Source of the DNA: Takakia lepidozioides
Taxonomy: Eukaryota; Plantae; Bryophyta
Reading direction: 5' to 3'
NCBI GenBank assembly: GCA_030704615.1
Contig: CM060734.1
Span: 17,546,294-17,610,000, forward strand
DNA length: 63,707 nucleotides
Position 1 is the stretch's first letter; the number at the start of each line of letters is the position of its first letter. The notes under the pieces were generated by a model. The model searched no databases and was not told the DNA's origin. It saw nothing but the letters and a program-made list of their open reading frames with translations. Of the stretch, positions 1-13,006 are shown piece by piece. The position numbers and the translations under genes were made by a program.

Positions 1-2157
1 AAAACTGCCAGCATACGGATGCAGACCTGCTTCAACTTGGCTCCCAATGAGGGATCTACTTCTGCTCCTTACTTGTTTGTGGTTTCTTGCAACCATATCT
101 ACATGGCAGGAGGTAGGGCAGACACCGAGAACTCATGGAATACAAATCTACCGATTTATCTACTGTTTTTTTCATGTTTCAATGCGGGTATAATGTAGCG
201 GTCGGTACCTTTGGGCTGCACTGAAATTCGGCTCTACAATGAAACCTCTTGGCTGGTTATTAAGACGGACTGTTGTGCCTTACTAGACAACACACATTCT
301 GCAAGACCTTCATTTCACTTTGATTTCATATGATGGACTGCAAACAGGGGTTTTTGAATTACCTTTCTACCCTGGCGGAGCTGTTCTTAAGACCCTGGAA
401 TACCACTCCAGACTTGTATCTGCTTAAAAAGACTCGGCCCTGTTTTTATTTTATGAATCCTGCTTGTGTCTTATGTCTTGTAAAACAGACATTGTGGTTA
501 TTTATAGACTACCGAGCATCACATTGTTGGGCTCTTTTTAGACTACAAACTGTTTTCTAAAGTATCCCAAGTGATCTCTTGGGACAAAAAATTGGTAAGC
601 TCTATATGGTCTCTTAATATACTCCCTATATTGTGCTTGCTTTGCGTCTCCGCTGGCCTGCAATAGAAATACCGGATCCAGATGTACCAGTATGGGTTGG
701 CTGGAATATGCTTAAGACATGTATGTCTTAATGTTTCAATTTCAATTTTAAGTGCTATATGCTTGGTTCTGGAGATTTATGTCCAGACCTGCAATCTGGG
801 TTTTTGAAATGAGATTACAATCTACAAGTATGGTGATGAATATCAAACCCATGGTGCTTTCATGATATGAATGACCATGAATCCCGCCCTCCCAGCCTGT
901 TTTTTTCAGATACCCTGAAATGTAACGAGGTATTCAAATGAGATGGTTAAAAAAAAAGGGGTTGTTAGATGGTGCCCTGTAAAGGGCTGCATTGTCTTTC
1001 AATGACAATGACCTCAGTGGTCTTGTCCATGTCCTGACATGACATGTATATCTTCCCTCTCTTTATCTGATCAGTGTACTTAGTGGTTTTTGTACACACC
1101 ATCTACCCTTCTCCTTTCCCGTTTCACCTTCTCATTTTGATGTACTAACAATATTTTTTGAAGGGCCTTGGCAGATAGGCAACAAACACATTCCAAACTG
1201 GAATGATGAACTGAAAAGCCCTGGGGTATGAATCTCCCTTGGCCAGGTATGTTCTTCTCCAGCAATAGTATGGTTGATTGATTGGGTATGAAAAGTAAGG
1301 CATCCTTGATGATACCTGAAATAAGCACAGAGCATCTAAAAGGACTTCTGAATGCCGATATTATGAGCTAAGCCATGGTAAGACAGCTTACGGGAGTATG
1401 TGTACACCTTATACATGATCCGGTCAATGCACACTACTTTTGTTAGCTAGTCTCATGTAGCCGATGCCTTATATCAGAATCAGATACCTTATGATTGAGT
1501 GACTACCATGTCCTTTGATCAAGTGCTTCTATACTTCTCTTAGATATGGCTTTGCTCCTTGTGGCACCATGAGAAAATACCCAACTCTAATCTGTTGCTA
1601 GAGATATTTTGTCTATATCACAGGCATGGTACTACAGACCTGAGCTGCTGCTGTATCTTGACAAGGTTCCTTGAACGAGGTTCCTCCCCTAGCCTGTTCT
1701 TCCCTGTGCAAGAACTTATTGAGAAACTGAAAGGTATTTTCTAAAAACTTGTACCTATCCAGAGCTAAGTATACCACTGAACTCTCTGTTCTTTTCTCGT
1801 GATACTATACCAGTCTTGCTATGATACACTTTATGCCAATGTTTCATTCATGACCCGAGGAAGAGAGGATGTAGGATTCTACTCCCTTGGATAATATAAT
1901 CTAAGGATAGAACTACATGGAAGAGGGGAAACCTTATGAGAAGGGGTCTGGTATGCACTCCCTTACGGGGTGAGTGCATACCACACTCACTCCGTAAGGT
2001 TCTGCCATGCCAGGGGATTGGCTGGTGGGTCCCTCTCTCTCCCTCTCCCTCTATAACTCTTTGGATTTCATCTGGCCTTAACCTTTTTGAGGCCGGTTAT
2101 TTGGTTTTTCATCCCAATCTTTTTTCATCCAAATTTGGCTGATATTATTGTAGGATG
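1..2157 (-). repeat. Copy of ~2.95-kb non-coding repeat unit, inverted relative to the copies at 23659-27904
   Basis: 1-1731 is the near-identical reverse complement of 23659-25376, and 437-2157 of 26178-27904. The spurious ORF 330..560 recurs almost identically at 24820..25050. Confidence 0.93.
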
Positions 2158-3380
2158 CGGCTTTGGTGTTCCAGAAGTGGTTTGACAATTTATGGTGAAG
2201 GACAGTGGAGAGGGTCCATTTTTGGATATGTAGTTTGGTGTGGCTTAGAGAGGTCGAGGGTTGGGCGGGGTTTTGGAGACTAAATAGGTACCGGGTGGAT
2301 CATCCAAAAAGGGTGTGCCTGAGCAATGTGAATGGGATCGGCCGAAGGTTCTACTGGGGGTTTGGAGGCCCCTAGTCGGGCGAGGAGGTCTGCCTCCTCG
2401 TTATCATTAATACTAGTATGCGAATGAACTTTGAGAAAATGAATGGGTTTATCGATGGCGATGTCGAGTTTGATAATAGCGGAAATAAGGTTACAATCGG
2501 GGTGGTGGTGGTGGGAGGAGGGCAGGCAAGGTGGTTGTGAAATATAAAGAGTGAGTTGAGGCTATCCGTGAAAATGTAGTACGGTGGTGGGAACGAGGCT
2601 GATTGTGATAGAGCTTCAAAGATAACCATAAGTTCGGCCCGAAGTATGGTAGCGGGGCCTGGAAGTCGGTCCCGTTGTGAGTGGCGGCATGGTAGACGCC
2701 ATATCCGGCAAGGGAGCCACACTGGGAGCCCTCTGTGTAGTGTGAGTGGAGTGGAGGGTATTTGGGGAGGTAGGCCCTAGGTATACTGGAGGGGCGTCGT
2801 GGGAGGTTATATTGTGGAGGGTGAAGGGGCGGGGTGGTGTCTTGTTCCAAACTTTGTTAGATTTTGGCCTAGGGGGTGGTCTGGCGGGAGGACTTTGTGC
2901 TAGAGGGGTTGAATAGGAGGTGAGTACCATGCCATGGGTGTCGGATAGAAGATGTTTGAGGCGAGTGGGAAAGTCTGGGGGTATGGGGTTATGAGGGTTA
3001 TTTTGGACCAGCAGAAGTAGGGTTAGTGAGGGTTCCTTGTGACGCAGGTATTTAGGAAAAGGTGGGTTGCGCGTATAACAAAGTTGGTTGGTTCAATGGC
3101 AGCTAATGGTGTTACCCCCGGGGGGAGTTGTAGTAGGGGGTGTTGCTGGTCAGGTGACCTTTGCTGTGTAAGAACGGGGATAGTGGTGGAGGAGCGGGAG
3201 GAGCGGGCGGCAAGGCGTGCCCATTGTAGAGCCTCATGTGTGAGGGGTCCGGGTGGTGGGTGGGCAAGGCCACCGCCCGACCAGGTAAGTTGAGTTGCGG
3301 ATCCAAGGGCTCCGAAGACACAGTCTCGGGGGTGCGGGCTGTCATAGGAAGAGAGCTCTTTGTCTTGTCTGTGCCTTGAC
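2158..3380 (-). mobile_element. Degenerate non-LTR retrotransposon (LINE) fragment with RNase H and an upstream PCIF1-like methyltransferase-like segment
   Basis: Frameshifted RNase H motifs HYTEGS, TILRAELMVIFEAL, IFTDSLNSL. Upstream YDSPHPRDCVFGALGSATQLTWSGGGLAHPPP. A/C-rich coding strand; interrupts the repeat unit. Confidence 0.7.
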
Positions 3381-6140
3381 AAGACATATTTATCTTCCCT
3401 CTGTTTTTTGCCCAGTGTACTTAGTGGTTTCTGTACACACTATCTACCTCTCACTTGTCATTTTCTTGTCTTCTTACTTTGATGTTCTAACACCTTTAAT
3501 GGCTTTTGCAGAGGTCTGGCAAAGCCATGGGGTATCAGCCCCCTATACCTCCATAACAATAATATGGAGCAACAAATCCCTCATAAGGTATGATCCTCTC
3601 CAGCAAAAATATGTTGGTTGATTGGGCACGGAGAGTAAGGCATCCTCGATGGTACCTGAAATAAACATAGAGCATCTAAATGACTTCTGAATGATGATAT
3701 TATGAGCTAGGCCCTGGTAAGACAGCCTGCTAGAGTACATGTACTGTACACCTTATACATGATCCAGTCAATGCACATTACTCTTGTTAGCTGGTCTCCT
3801 GTAGCCGATGCCTTATGTCAGTTTTAGATACCTTATGATACGAGTGACTTCCGTGTCCTTGGCTCAAGTGCTTCCATGTTTCTCCTGGTTATGGCTTTGC
3901 TCTTTGTAGCACCAAAAAAAGTACCCATTCTTACTATGTTGCTGGAAGATGGCTTGTTTGAATCAGGGGCAGTAGACTACTGCCAGTGGCTGAAGAACAC
4001 AAGTTCTTATTCATACCTTTGGGTAAATTGGTTCTAACCAAAAAGTTGGCCGATATGGTGGGAAGATGTGCAGTAGTCTGCTGCCATTGGTTGAAGAACA
4101 CCTGTAATTTCTGAACTCTTGCCAAGTTTGAATTACGTTGTGCCAATGTTCACTCGTAATCCGAGAGCAGAGAGAATGCAGGCCTTTTATCCATTTGGTA
4201 TTCAAGTCCAAGGATAGAACTACATTGTAGAGGGAGAGCCTTATGAGAATGGGTCTGGTATGCGCACTCCCTTACGGGGTGAGTGCATACCAAACTCACT
4301 CCATAAGGGACTGCCATACCAGGGGTTGGATGGTGGGTGCCCCCCCTCTCCCTCTCTCCAATTATCTGTTTGGGATTAACAATTTTTTTTCCTAAGCCTA
4401 TCTGGTTTGGAAATTTATTGTCTTGAACTTTACCACCGAGGATGTAGCCTGCAATTTTTCATCCATTACATCCTTCCTCGATGTAACCATAACGGATGTA
4501 AGCCTAAGAGGATGTAACCTTAATGAAAGTGCAAAATTTCATTCCCAGTGGACGAAATCGCGGGATGGTTTGCCTAACCGTCTCTCTGCCCTAAGCACAG
4601 CACGATACTCGTGCTTGTTTTCTCTGGTGGAGGGCGATGGCGGCTGAGTGCTCGAGCAGCACGATCTGCGCGCGCTTTGTTTTTTTAATGCGCGATGGCG
4701 GCAGGTACTTCCATTTCCCGTGCTGGCAAACGACCTACTGCTGTGTTTGCCTGCAATCTTTCGCATTCATGAAGCAGCGGCGCTCTTAAGGAGACGGAGG
4801 AAGTTAAGTTGCACTTTGTAAAGATGCAATTTTCCTCGAGTCTCCCATTTTGTTGCATTCTATTGTGATCTCTTGAGATTCAGATGTTGAACGCCGCAGC
4901 GTCCCACTCCACAAACGATTAAGGTTCTTAGTGGTGTCGCATCTTTGTTCTTCTTTTGATCAATTTGCTCACTGTAGAATGCATGTTGGACATGGATAGC
5001 AACTGTGAAGACCTGCTACTCACTTGGTGCATCCTCACTAACACCCATCTTGATGTGGTGGTTTTGGGGACGGGCACAGGTGAGGGCCTTCACTTAATAT
5101 GTATCTTTCAGTTTGCAGATGATCAAAAGACTTGGCGATGGTGACGATTGACGCTGAATACTGCTTCAGCGGGGCATCCGATACGATTTCTTTTTGTTTT
5201 TTTATGATTGCAACCAACTGCTTCTGTTGAACAATATGGCAATGTGCTGAGCTTTATAGAATACAGACGTTCTATTAAGACTCGGGGGTTTTCAACCTGA
5301 TTATAAGTCGGTTTTTCTAGCATGATACCAGTATGAACTTTGGCATCATATTGATATGGTGCTGGAGTAACATCTCCAGACCTAAAGCTATCCAGTGATG
5401 CTTAAAACAGGCCTTCTTATGTTGTTTTAACATGGTAAGTACCAAGGAGTACTTTTTGGACATCGAGGTTAGAGTTCTAAGACTAAAACAGTCATGACTA
5501 CACTGCTCTAACTTAGAGATTACCAAGCTGCTGGCATGATGGGCTTTTCAGATTACATAACATCTGTTTTAAGGTTGCCAAGCAATGCCTTTGGAACCAC
5601 CCTTTGAGCAAATTACAGGCTGTCTGGTCTGATTTATCAAGCAGGTCTTTGGAACTACGTTCTGAATTTAGAACAGAATGTCTAAGCTGTTTTGGCTCGA
5701 TGGCTTTTCAGACTACATACTGGCTGCTTTAGGTGTACCAAGCAGCATCTTTGAAATTAAGCGTTGAGTTTAAAACAGGCCAAGCACCTGGCATGACGGG
5801 CTTTTCAGATTACATAACATATGTTTTAAGGTTGCCAAGCTATGCCTTTGGAACCACCCTTTGAGTCTGAAACAGATCTGGTTTTACTGTTTTAACTTGT
5901 TTAAGGCAGATATATTCATACTGTTTTAGCTTGAAGAATACCAAGCAGATGTATTGAAGGGCTTTGCCAAATTACCACCGTTTGGTCTGAGTTATGAAGC
6001 AGGTTTTTGGAACTACTCTCTGAGTTTAAAACAAAACTGTCTAAGCTGTTTTGGCTTGATGGCTTTTCAGATTACATAATGGCTGCTTTAGGTGTACCAA
6101 GCAGTATCTTTGGAATTAACCATTGAGTTAAAACAGGCCT
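3380..6140 (-). repeat. Diverged copy of the ~2.95-kb repeat unit with internal higher-order sub-repeats
   Basis: 3380-4370 parallels 1040-2070, including the conserved hairpin at 4257-4308. 4530-5330 resembles the reverse complement of ~25000-25980. Duplicated blocks at 5531/5788 and 5681/6040. Confidence 0.75.
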
Positions 6141-6379
6141 GCGGTGGATGCAGGTGCAGGTTTATGTTACGAACCTAGTAGTCTTATCTCTACTCGGTTA
6201 CCTTGTGGAAATGGTGATTAGAGACAGGTTTACAACCGGCGTAGTTATGAGTTTTCATCATGGAGGTACCACCAGTTGCTAAGGGGAGTGCCGGTACGAG
6301 CATCAGCGATACTAGTGGGTACACTGTTCTTTCTACAACGGGATTCCGAATGGTGCAACGCACAGCCGTCCCAGCCCAG

Positions 6380-6698
6380 GACCTATTACTGCGAAATTCG
6401 GCACCATTTTTCGAGGGAGGCACCCATTATCGCGAAATGCGTCGCCATTTTCCAAGGTTCCGGAACCTATTACCGTGCAATTTGGCGCCATTTTTCCAGA
6501 TCTCGACTGCATTTGTCATGAGCGCAAGAGAAAATTTCATGAGCTTCATTTTCAGTTTCACAAAATGAATATTATATCATTATATTTTTGACATATTCCA
6601 TTAAAAAAATACTTTTAATTCCAAATTTTGGACTTGCTCATGAAAACCGATTGTTGTACTACTCCGATCATGCCGCTCATACTCATGAAATACCTATC
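6380..6698. mobile_element. Terminal remnant of a relative of the large Mutator-like element
   Basis: Three degenerate GAAATGCGGCGCC..TTTCC-like units at ~40-bp spacing, CATGAGC motifs, and a terminus ...GCCGCTCATACTCATGAAATA matching the big element's ends. Confidence 0.6.
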
Positions 6699-6931
6699 GC
6701 TGGGGGGCGACGCTTGGGCGTCGCACGGAAGGGCTGCCTTCTGCCCTTCATGCGCCCGTGCGACGGCCGGGCGTCGCCGCCTGGCCCCAACGCTAGGTGG
6801 TGACCCGCGGGGTCTGTTTGCGACGGCCCGACGCCACAAAAAGGCGCCGCGGGGTGGCGTCGCACGCTCGGCGCCGCGCGGGGCGTGGGGGTGCGGCTGA
6901 CGTCACAAACCCCCCCCCATTTGCTGTAGTG
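6699..6931. mobile_element. CACTA (En/Spm) element end with subterminal repeats
   Basis: Ends ...CATTTGCTGTAGTG (reverse complement CACTACAGCAAATG). Multiple GCGACG/CGTCGC subterminal repeats in both orientations. Confidence 0.7.
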
Positions 6932-7689
6932 CCAATCTGAGGCCTACCTAGAAGCCCGACCACACTGTGGACATAACTTGGGATGATCATGTTGCGGGAA
7001 TCCCTGTCTCACGCTTCCCTCACACCGTAAATGATGTCTTGATCTTTCTTGTTGTTGTTTTTAGGCAAGAACGTATAGGGTACTACTTGCCTGGATTTAA
7101 AAGCAAAGACCCGCAATATCGACTCGATGCCCCTTGGCTCACAAGGCCAGACGTCTCCTGTTTCATGGTTATTATCTCGGCTGCTTGCTCAAGATTCATC
7201 ACGGTAACAGCACTGCGTACCACCAAAGGTATACATGATTCTCCGTGCTACAGTTATTTTCTTGTCTCTCACTTTAGTTTATTGTAGCTCTCTTGTCTGG
7301 GGGCAGAAGCTCCTCGACACACCGCACCGAATACCCCGAGCTGTTATGCATGCAATGTCTCAGCGCTGGGGCCCCCACCCAGGCGCCAGGAAACGTGCTC
7401 AAGAAGGCTAGAGATGATGCGTCACCATATCAATTATATTTTATCTGCTAGGGAGGCCTGGGGGCTCCCCCCCACCTGTGGCGCCCATCTTCCCTGCTCT
7501 TTGTTTGGCCGACGGCGGCGGCCCCCGGAAGCAGGAGATGGCAATGGGCTTCCTTCACCTCTTCTAACTCATATTTCTCTCCCTCACCTGAGCCAGGCTC
7601 AACTACCGGTATCTCATCACAACAACAAGTCAACGCCACATATCCTCTCTGATTCATATGCCCTCCCTTCTCTCATAGCTATCCAGATT

Positions 7690-9450
7690 CTTCTCAGCAT
7701 GACCAGGTTGCGCCAGAGGCTCTCCACATCAAGCGACCCACTCCAAGTAAAGTTGTTCCTTGCACCAGCAGGCTACATATCAGCAAACCCCCCATCCACT
7801 GGTACAACATCTTCAACTCTCAACACTACAAAAATCCAAGTACTGTACATCCTCACTCAACTTCATTGACTTCCCTCAGCTGGACCACCAAATTCTGGAT
7901 CCCTATTACGCATCCCCTTCCATCTCCCGGCACTACTCTATGTACCAATCTGTTCTCTACCATAAATGTCATCCAGCTGCCCACCCCTCCTGTTGGCAGT
8001 CTACAAGGTCATAGTCTCTGGAACATAACAATGCACCCAAGTTGTCGTTGGCTCCCCCACTGCATGGAACCAAACCCAAGGCACAGAGCTGCAACATATA
8101 CAAAGGCAGTGATCCAGCCTGCTAGAACCCTCCAGGTTCTCAATCTTCCTGGCCCCTGTATATATTTGCAATCATTAGCATACAAAGTGACTTACCGAGT
8201 TACCCCAACACTATATCACCACTTGAACGTGCATACCTCCATAGCCCATTCCTCTCACAATTTGAAACCTCACACCCGCGTCAAAAGAAACTCATTTTTG
8301 CCTACTTTAAAGCCCGTCGTATATCTACCCTCACTCAACTCACTACAGCCACTGGTGTACGGCTCTTAACTCCTAGCCAATTTACCTTGAAACATTCCCG
8401 TGCCACTATTAAAACACGTAGATACTTGCTACACCTCCGCTCCCTATTTTGTCACCCGACGGCTTCTTGTACCCTTGAATGCGTTTCCCATGCTCACTCT
8501 TCCCTCACAACCAGCAAGACCTCCTCCCGGAATTCCGAACAACTCAGGGCCTCCCATAATACTCACGGACATCCTCCCCCGGACAGCTCCCTCTCTCCTC
8601 CCCCCCCCAACCCCACAGCTAATCAATATCAACTTACCCCCCCTCGCTCTCCAATTCCCACCGCTCCCCCACTTAACCCCACTCAACAATATCTGACCAC
8701 CCCGAGGCCTTCGTTATTGAGGCTATCCAAGGTATTAAAACCCAAACCTCCCTAGACGCCTTTGGAGCCACGTGTGTCGATACATATTGCCTATGTAAGT
8801 GGGCAGATTTCCCTGTAGAAGACAACACTTGGCAAATAGCAGAAGACCTCTTTCGGGAACCATGAAGACTGCGACCCTGCCCACCATCGCACCCTCCTCA
8901 CCAAATTCCACAAATCCACTAACACCAAATACCTGGCACACACCCACAAACACCATATCTCCCAATCCCAACCGTTGGACGCCTGATACATTCGCAACCC
9001 ACTAGTCGCACCAAAAATTCATATAACAATTTGTGAATGTAACCCCGACAGAGATATTAACCAAGTCTACCCCATCACATGCCCCAGTCGTTCAATATCC
9101 AACATCTACACATTCAATGGTCTCTTTGTCAGGTCTATCTTTCATGTCAAGATCACCTGGCTCTGGGACCGATATACCGCCTCCGTCACCCTCACTCGCC
9201 AGCTACAACCCCCAAGGCAAGACTTCGCCACTGAAGTCTGCTGGCTTGTTGGCAGATATATAAGTGACACCCCCACAAAAAAACCCCGTACCCTCGACAA
9301 GCTAGCTCAAGCCTATATCCATTGCACCATCCCTGAGGACATCCTCAAGTTTTTCATCACCTCATTTCAGCTTACCCACTCATACTACTCAAGCCCACTC
9401 ATGTAACACTCCTATGGCCTGCTGGTCATCAACCCAGCCTCACCATAAGA
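7690..9450 (+). mobile_element. Highly degenerate LINE fragment, probably the same family as 2158-3380
   Basis: A/C-rich, broken Pro/Thr/His-rich frames. 9302-9403 reads LAQAYIHCTIPEDILKFFITSFQLTHSYYSSPL, resembling the first half of the PCIF1-like segment. Confidence 0.45.
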
Positions 9451-9539
9451 GAAACAATGATGGTCTGACTGGTCATCACCCCAGCCTCACCACCGACAGC
9501 ACGCTCTAGGATTGGCCAGTGATCAAATCCGGACCAACC

Positions 9540-9627
9540 TCCTATGCAAACAATCGCCCACATAAAACTGACATGGCGCACAGTCAAACATGCAGGTGTG
9601 GGGGGGATCCAAACACAAGAAAATCAA
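9540..9627. repeat. ~90-bp dispersed repeat; inverted copy at ~31272-31360
   Basis: CCTATG..CGCCCACA..ACATGGCGCACAGTCAA.CATGCAGGTGT.GGGGGGATCCAAACACAAGAAA.TCAA is the reverse complement of 31272-31360. Confidence 0.8.
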
Positions 9628-9779
9628 CCTACGGAAAGGTTTTGGCCTACAGAGAAGGTGAAAGACTACAAGGAAGAGAAACTAAAGCAATTCCTAATCC
9701 CAACATGCTCTCATCCTACTGCCCTATCTCCACACTCTCTTGCTGGAGCAATAGATAAGACTACCTTTCAAGGGTCTCT

Positions 9780-10100
9780 CAAATAACTCTCCAGGAGCCC
9801 TCGAGATGTCTCTCAAACAATCTCACTAAGGCTCCCAAACCTTGCACAATGGGACTCCAAGCAGTACACCAAGGCCCCAAGAGCCTACCAAAACTTGGCC
9901 CTCGAGGGCCCTAAATAGTCTCTTACACAAGTCGCCAAAGACTCCTCAAGCTCGCCAAATATTGGCCTCCAAGGACCCCAAATAATCCTCCAAGGACCTC
10001 CATAGTCTTCCAAATAGTCCTCGAGCTCGCCAAATATTGGCCTCCAAGGACCCCAAATAGTCCTCCAAGGACTCCAAACAGTCCTCCAAGGACTCACTAT
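9780..10100. repeat. Degenerate minisatellite, ~22-nt core AATAGTCCTCCAAGGACCCC
   Basis: Repeated (A)AATAGTCCTCCAAGGAC units with a higher-order duplication at ~9950 and ~10025. Confidence 0.75.
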
Positions 10101-10504
10101 GTTCCCAATGCATTCCCAATGCGTTCCTAAAGTTCCCTAAAAATATGCCTAATAACATGCCATAGTATTTCCCAAGTATTCCCCTGTGCCTATATGTATT
10201 TTCCTTGTATTTTCCTTAGGAATAGTCATTTCCCCCTGGCAATAGCTATTTCCCCCTCATAGAGTAGTTCATTTCCCCCTAAGCTTTAGCCACTACCCCC
10301 TCTATTTCCTTGAGGTTTAGCCTTACCAAGCTAGGGTTTGTGCTCCTTGGAGCTCTATGCTTAATCTCCTCAAGCATCCATGAATTCTAGGGGATACCAA
10401 GGCAAATTCCCTTGATCTTGAATGTGATACAAGAGCTAAATTCTCCTAGCTCTAAACCTCTTTAACATACAAGTGCAAAACTAATCCTTACACTCCGCAC
10501 TCAT

Positions 10505-10530
10505 AAGTATAAGGTCATTTTCTTGTAGTG
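10505..10530. mobile_element. CACTA terminal inverted repeat (single end)
   Basis: GGTCATTTTCTTGTAGTG is the reverse complement of CACTACAAGAAAATGACC, a canonical CACTA TIR. No partner end found. Confidence 0.6.
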
Positions 10531-10659
10531 ATAATGAAAAGTACACACAATGGAAACACTCCACTCATGAATCCACTCAATCACATAAACTAAGTCAAGC
10601 CAACGACACCTTTGCTAAAGGAATCCACCCTACAAATCCCTCACCACACTCCTTCTCAA

Positions 10660-11230
10660 TACCTAGAGCTATGGAGGTGAGAGAAGGTCATGGAGGCTCA
10701 ACTACAAGAAGATGAGCCCTCCTCAACCCGCACAAGGGAAAACCCATCCCCATGTCCCAAGTGAGGTTTGACACCTCACTTGGCATGTGAGACCCAATGA
10801 AGTCCCAACACACAAAATACAAATATAAATATCCAAAATGTCCTAGTTAACTAGAAGTAGGTAATTCTAGTTAACCATGTCTAACACCATAACAAGGGAC
10901 CTAATAACCAGCTAGAGGGGCAATTGTGGCATAGCTTTCTAGGACTATACGCTAGGAAGTGTGGTTGGACAACGATGTATGTTGTGGCAGTGCACAACAC
11001 CTGTCATGGGTTTAAGTCATGGTTAGTTGGAAATAGTTATTTCTAACTAATTAGGACTTTATACATTTATATTTGTATTTTGTTGGCATTGGGACTTCAT
11101 TTGGTTCCATGTGCCAAGTGAGGTGACAAATTTCACTTGGGACGTGGAGAGGCTTGTCTCCACGTGAGGCCCAAGACGTCTTCTTCTAGTCGAGCCTCCC
11201 GAGGCCTCTCTCACCGCCATAGCTCTGGTT
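10660..11230. mobile_element. Fold-back/MITE-like element with ~240-bp diverged inverted arms
   Basis: AGAGCTATGG.GGTGAGAGA ... TCCCAAGTGA ... ACAAATATAAAT ... GTCCTA (10661-10890) mirrors TAGGAC ... ATTTATATTTGT ... TCACTTGGGA ... TCTCTCACC.CCATAGCTCT (11010-11228). Confidence 0.7.
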
Positions 11231-11855
11231 CTTGCAGTACAACATGATGTGGTTTTTAGCACTATGTGTTTCACTATTTTCATAGTCATTTCAGGCATGT
11301 TTTACTGCACCGCCCATAGTGCTAAAAACCAAGTCGAAACAGGCATGCAATGAAACCCATTTCAATGTGGTGGAGTCCACTATTTTTTTTTTCGGGTAGG
11401 AGGTCGGGCAATAAAACATTTCACTATAACAATACACCAAGTAGTTTCACTATGCAGTTTTACTATGACGTGTACTAACGTGCCTACACTATACCATTAC
11501 ACGTGTAGTTGACAAAATTACTACATAGTGGATAATGGTGTTGTAACTTTCACTCTATAGTGAAACATAGACACATAGTAGTTCATTTTACTATTGTGGA
11601 GTTGTGATTTCAGATCATTGTTTCAATCTTACAATGATGTGTACTAAACCGTGCCACTACATCAATACATGCGGACATATTTGTAGTTGAAAAAATTACT
11701 ATATAGTGGATGATTGGGTAATCACTTTCACCTTCTAGTGAAACCCATATATCAAATAGTTAATTTTACTACTATATTGTTAGGATTTGGGTTATTCCTT
11801 CCACTCTAAGGGAAATATTTTAACTGTGTATAAATTTAAATTTAAATACTGAATA

Positions 11856-12646
11856 TCAATATATGAAGCGAGACGTTTGTTTGTTTGTTTTGTAGCGTCG
11901 TTGAGATCTCCCAAACCGCGAGGCCCCAACCCCGGTGCTTGGTACCGTTGGAAAGCCCTCGATGAGGAGGGGTGCACCGGCTTGGTCTCATGATTTTTGG
12001 ACCAACGGTGTGGGAGATATTGAGTTTCAAGTACTTCTGGTCGCTGGAAATTCGCGAAAAATAGCAAAGTGGGCTTTCCTAGAGCAATGATTGGCCCTTC
12101 ATGTGGGAGATTTGGAATTTCAAATAGTTTTGGTCGCTGGAAATTCCCGAAAAAGTGGGCTTTCCTAGAGCAATGATTGGCCCTTCATGTGGGAGATTTG
12201 GAATTTCAAGTACTTTTGGTCGCTGGAAATTCCCGAAAAATTGCAAAGTGGGAATTCTTGGAGCCTTGATAGGAGAGATATCAAGGGAAAGGTCTCCGGT
12301 TTAAATCTGGTCATATGCTATGTAGGAAAAAAATGCATTTGGACTTAGATGACATTGGACACTTGGGCCAATGGCACATGCTACTCTAGAGACAGGAGAT
12401 ATCAATAATGATTGCATATACATAAGAGATTGCACACTGGGCTTAGATGGGCCTCGACATAGGAGACTCACTTGGATACATAAGGGATTGCACTTAGTTG
12501 ACACTTGGGACACTTGGGCCAACGGCAGAGCCCACCCTAGAGGTCGCACTTGGGCCTCAACATAGGAGACCCACTTGCATATATAGGAGATTGCACTTGG
12601 GCTTAGATGACATTTGACACTTGGGCCAACGGCACAGACTACCCTA
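11856..12646 (+). mobile_element. Non-autonomous Helitron-like element with tandem internal repeats and reiterated 3' ends
   Basis: A|TC start (ATCAATATATGAAG). Three ~85-bp repeats (12010-12245). Three GGGCCAA(C/T)GGCA...CTA(G/A) 3'-end-like motifs ending 12389, 12540 and ~12646. Confidence 0.55.
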
Positions 12647-13006
12647 AAAATTAATTCAAAAAAAAAAGTGCATAATCAAAATAAATTATTTTTGACAAGA
12701 GTGCTTAATTTTCAAAAATTTCTCTGAAAGTGCATATGGTATACAAACTTGAATTTAAATTAGAAAAAAAATCTGAAATAGAAAAAAAATCTAAAAATGA
12801 CATCCATTTTGAACGATAATAATTTAAAACGTCATCCATGGACTCAGTTTTCAATTTTCATCCATGGCAGCAGCTAAGTTTTCATTTTAAACGTCATCTA
12901 ATTATTAGGCAGGCAAGTGCCTAACCGGCTATCCCACTACGGTAGCTCCAACTATATTCGCAATTGGATTTGAGAAAAGTCGGTTGGAGAAGGCGTAGGG
13001 GGTAGG

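Noticed and set aside
330-1335. Short ORFs repeated at 24-27 kb
   Set aside because: Identity reflects recent DNA duplication; frames differ between copies through indels.
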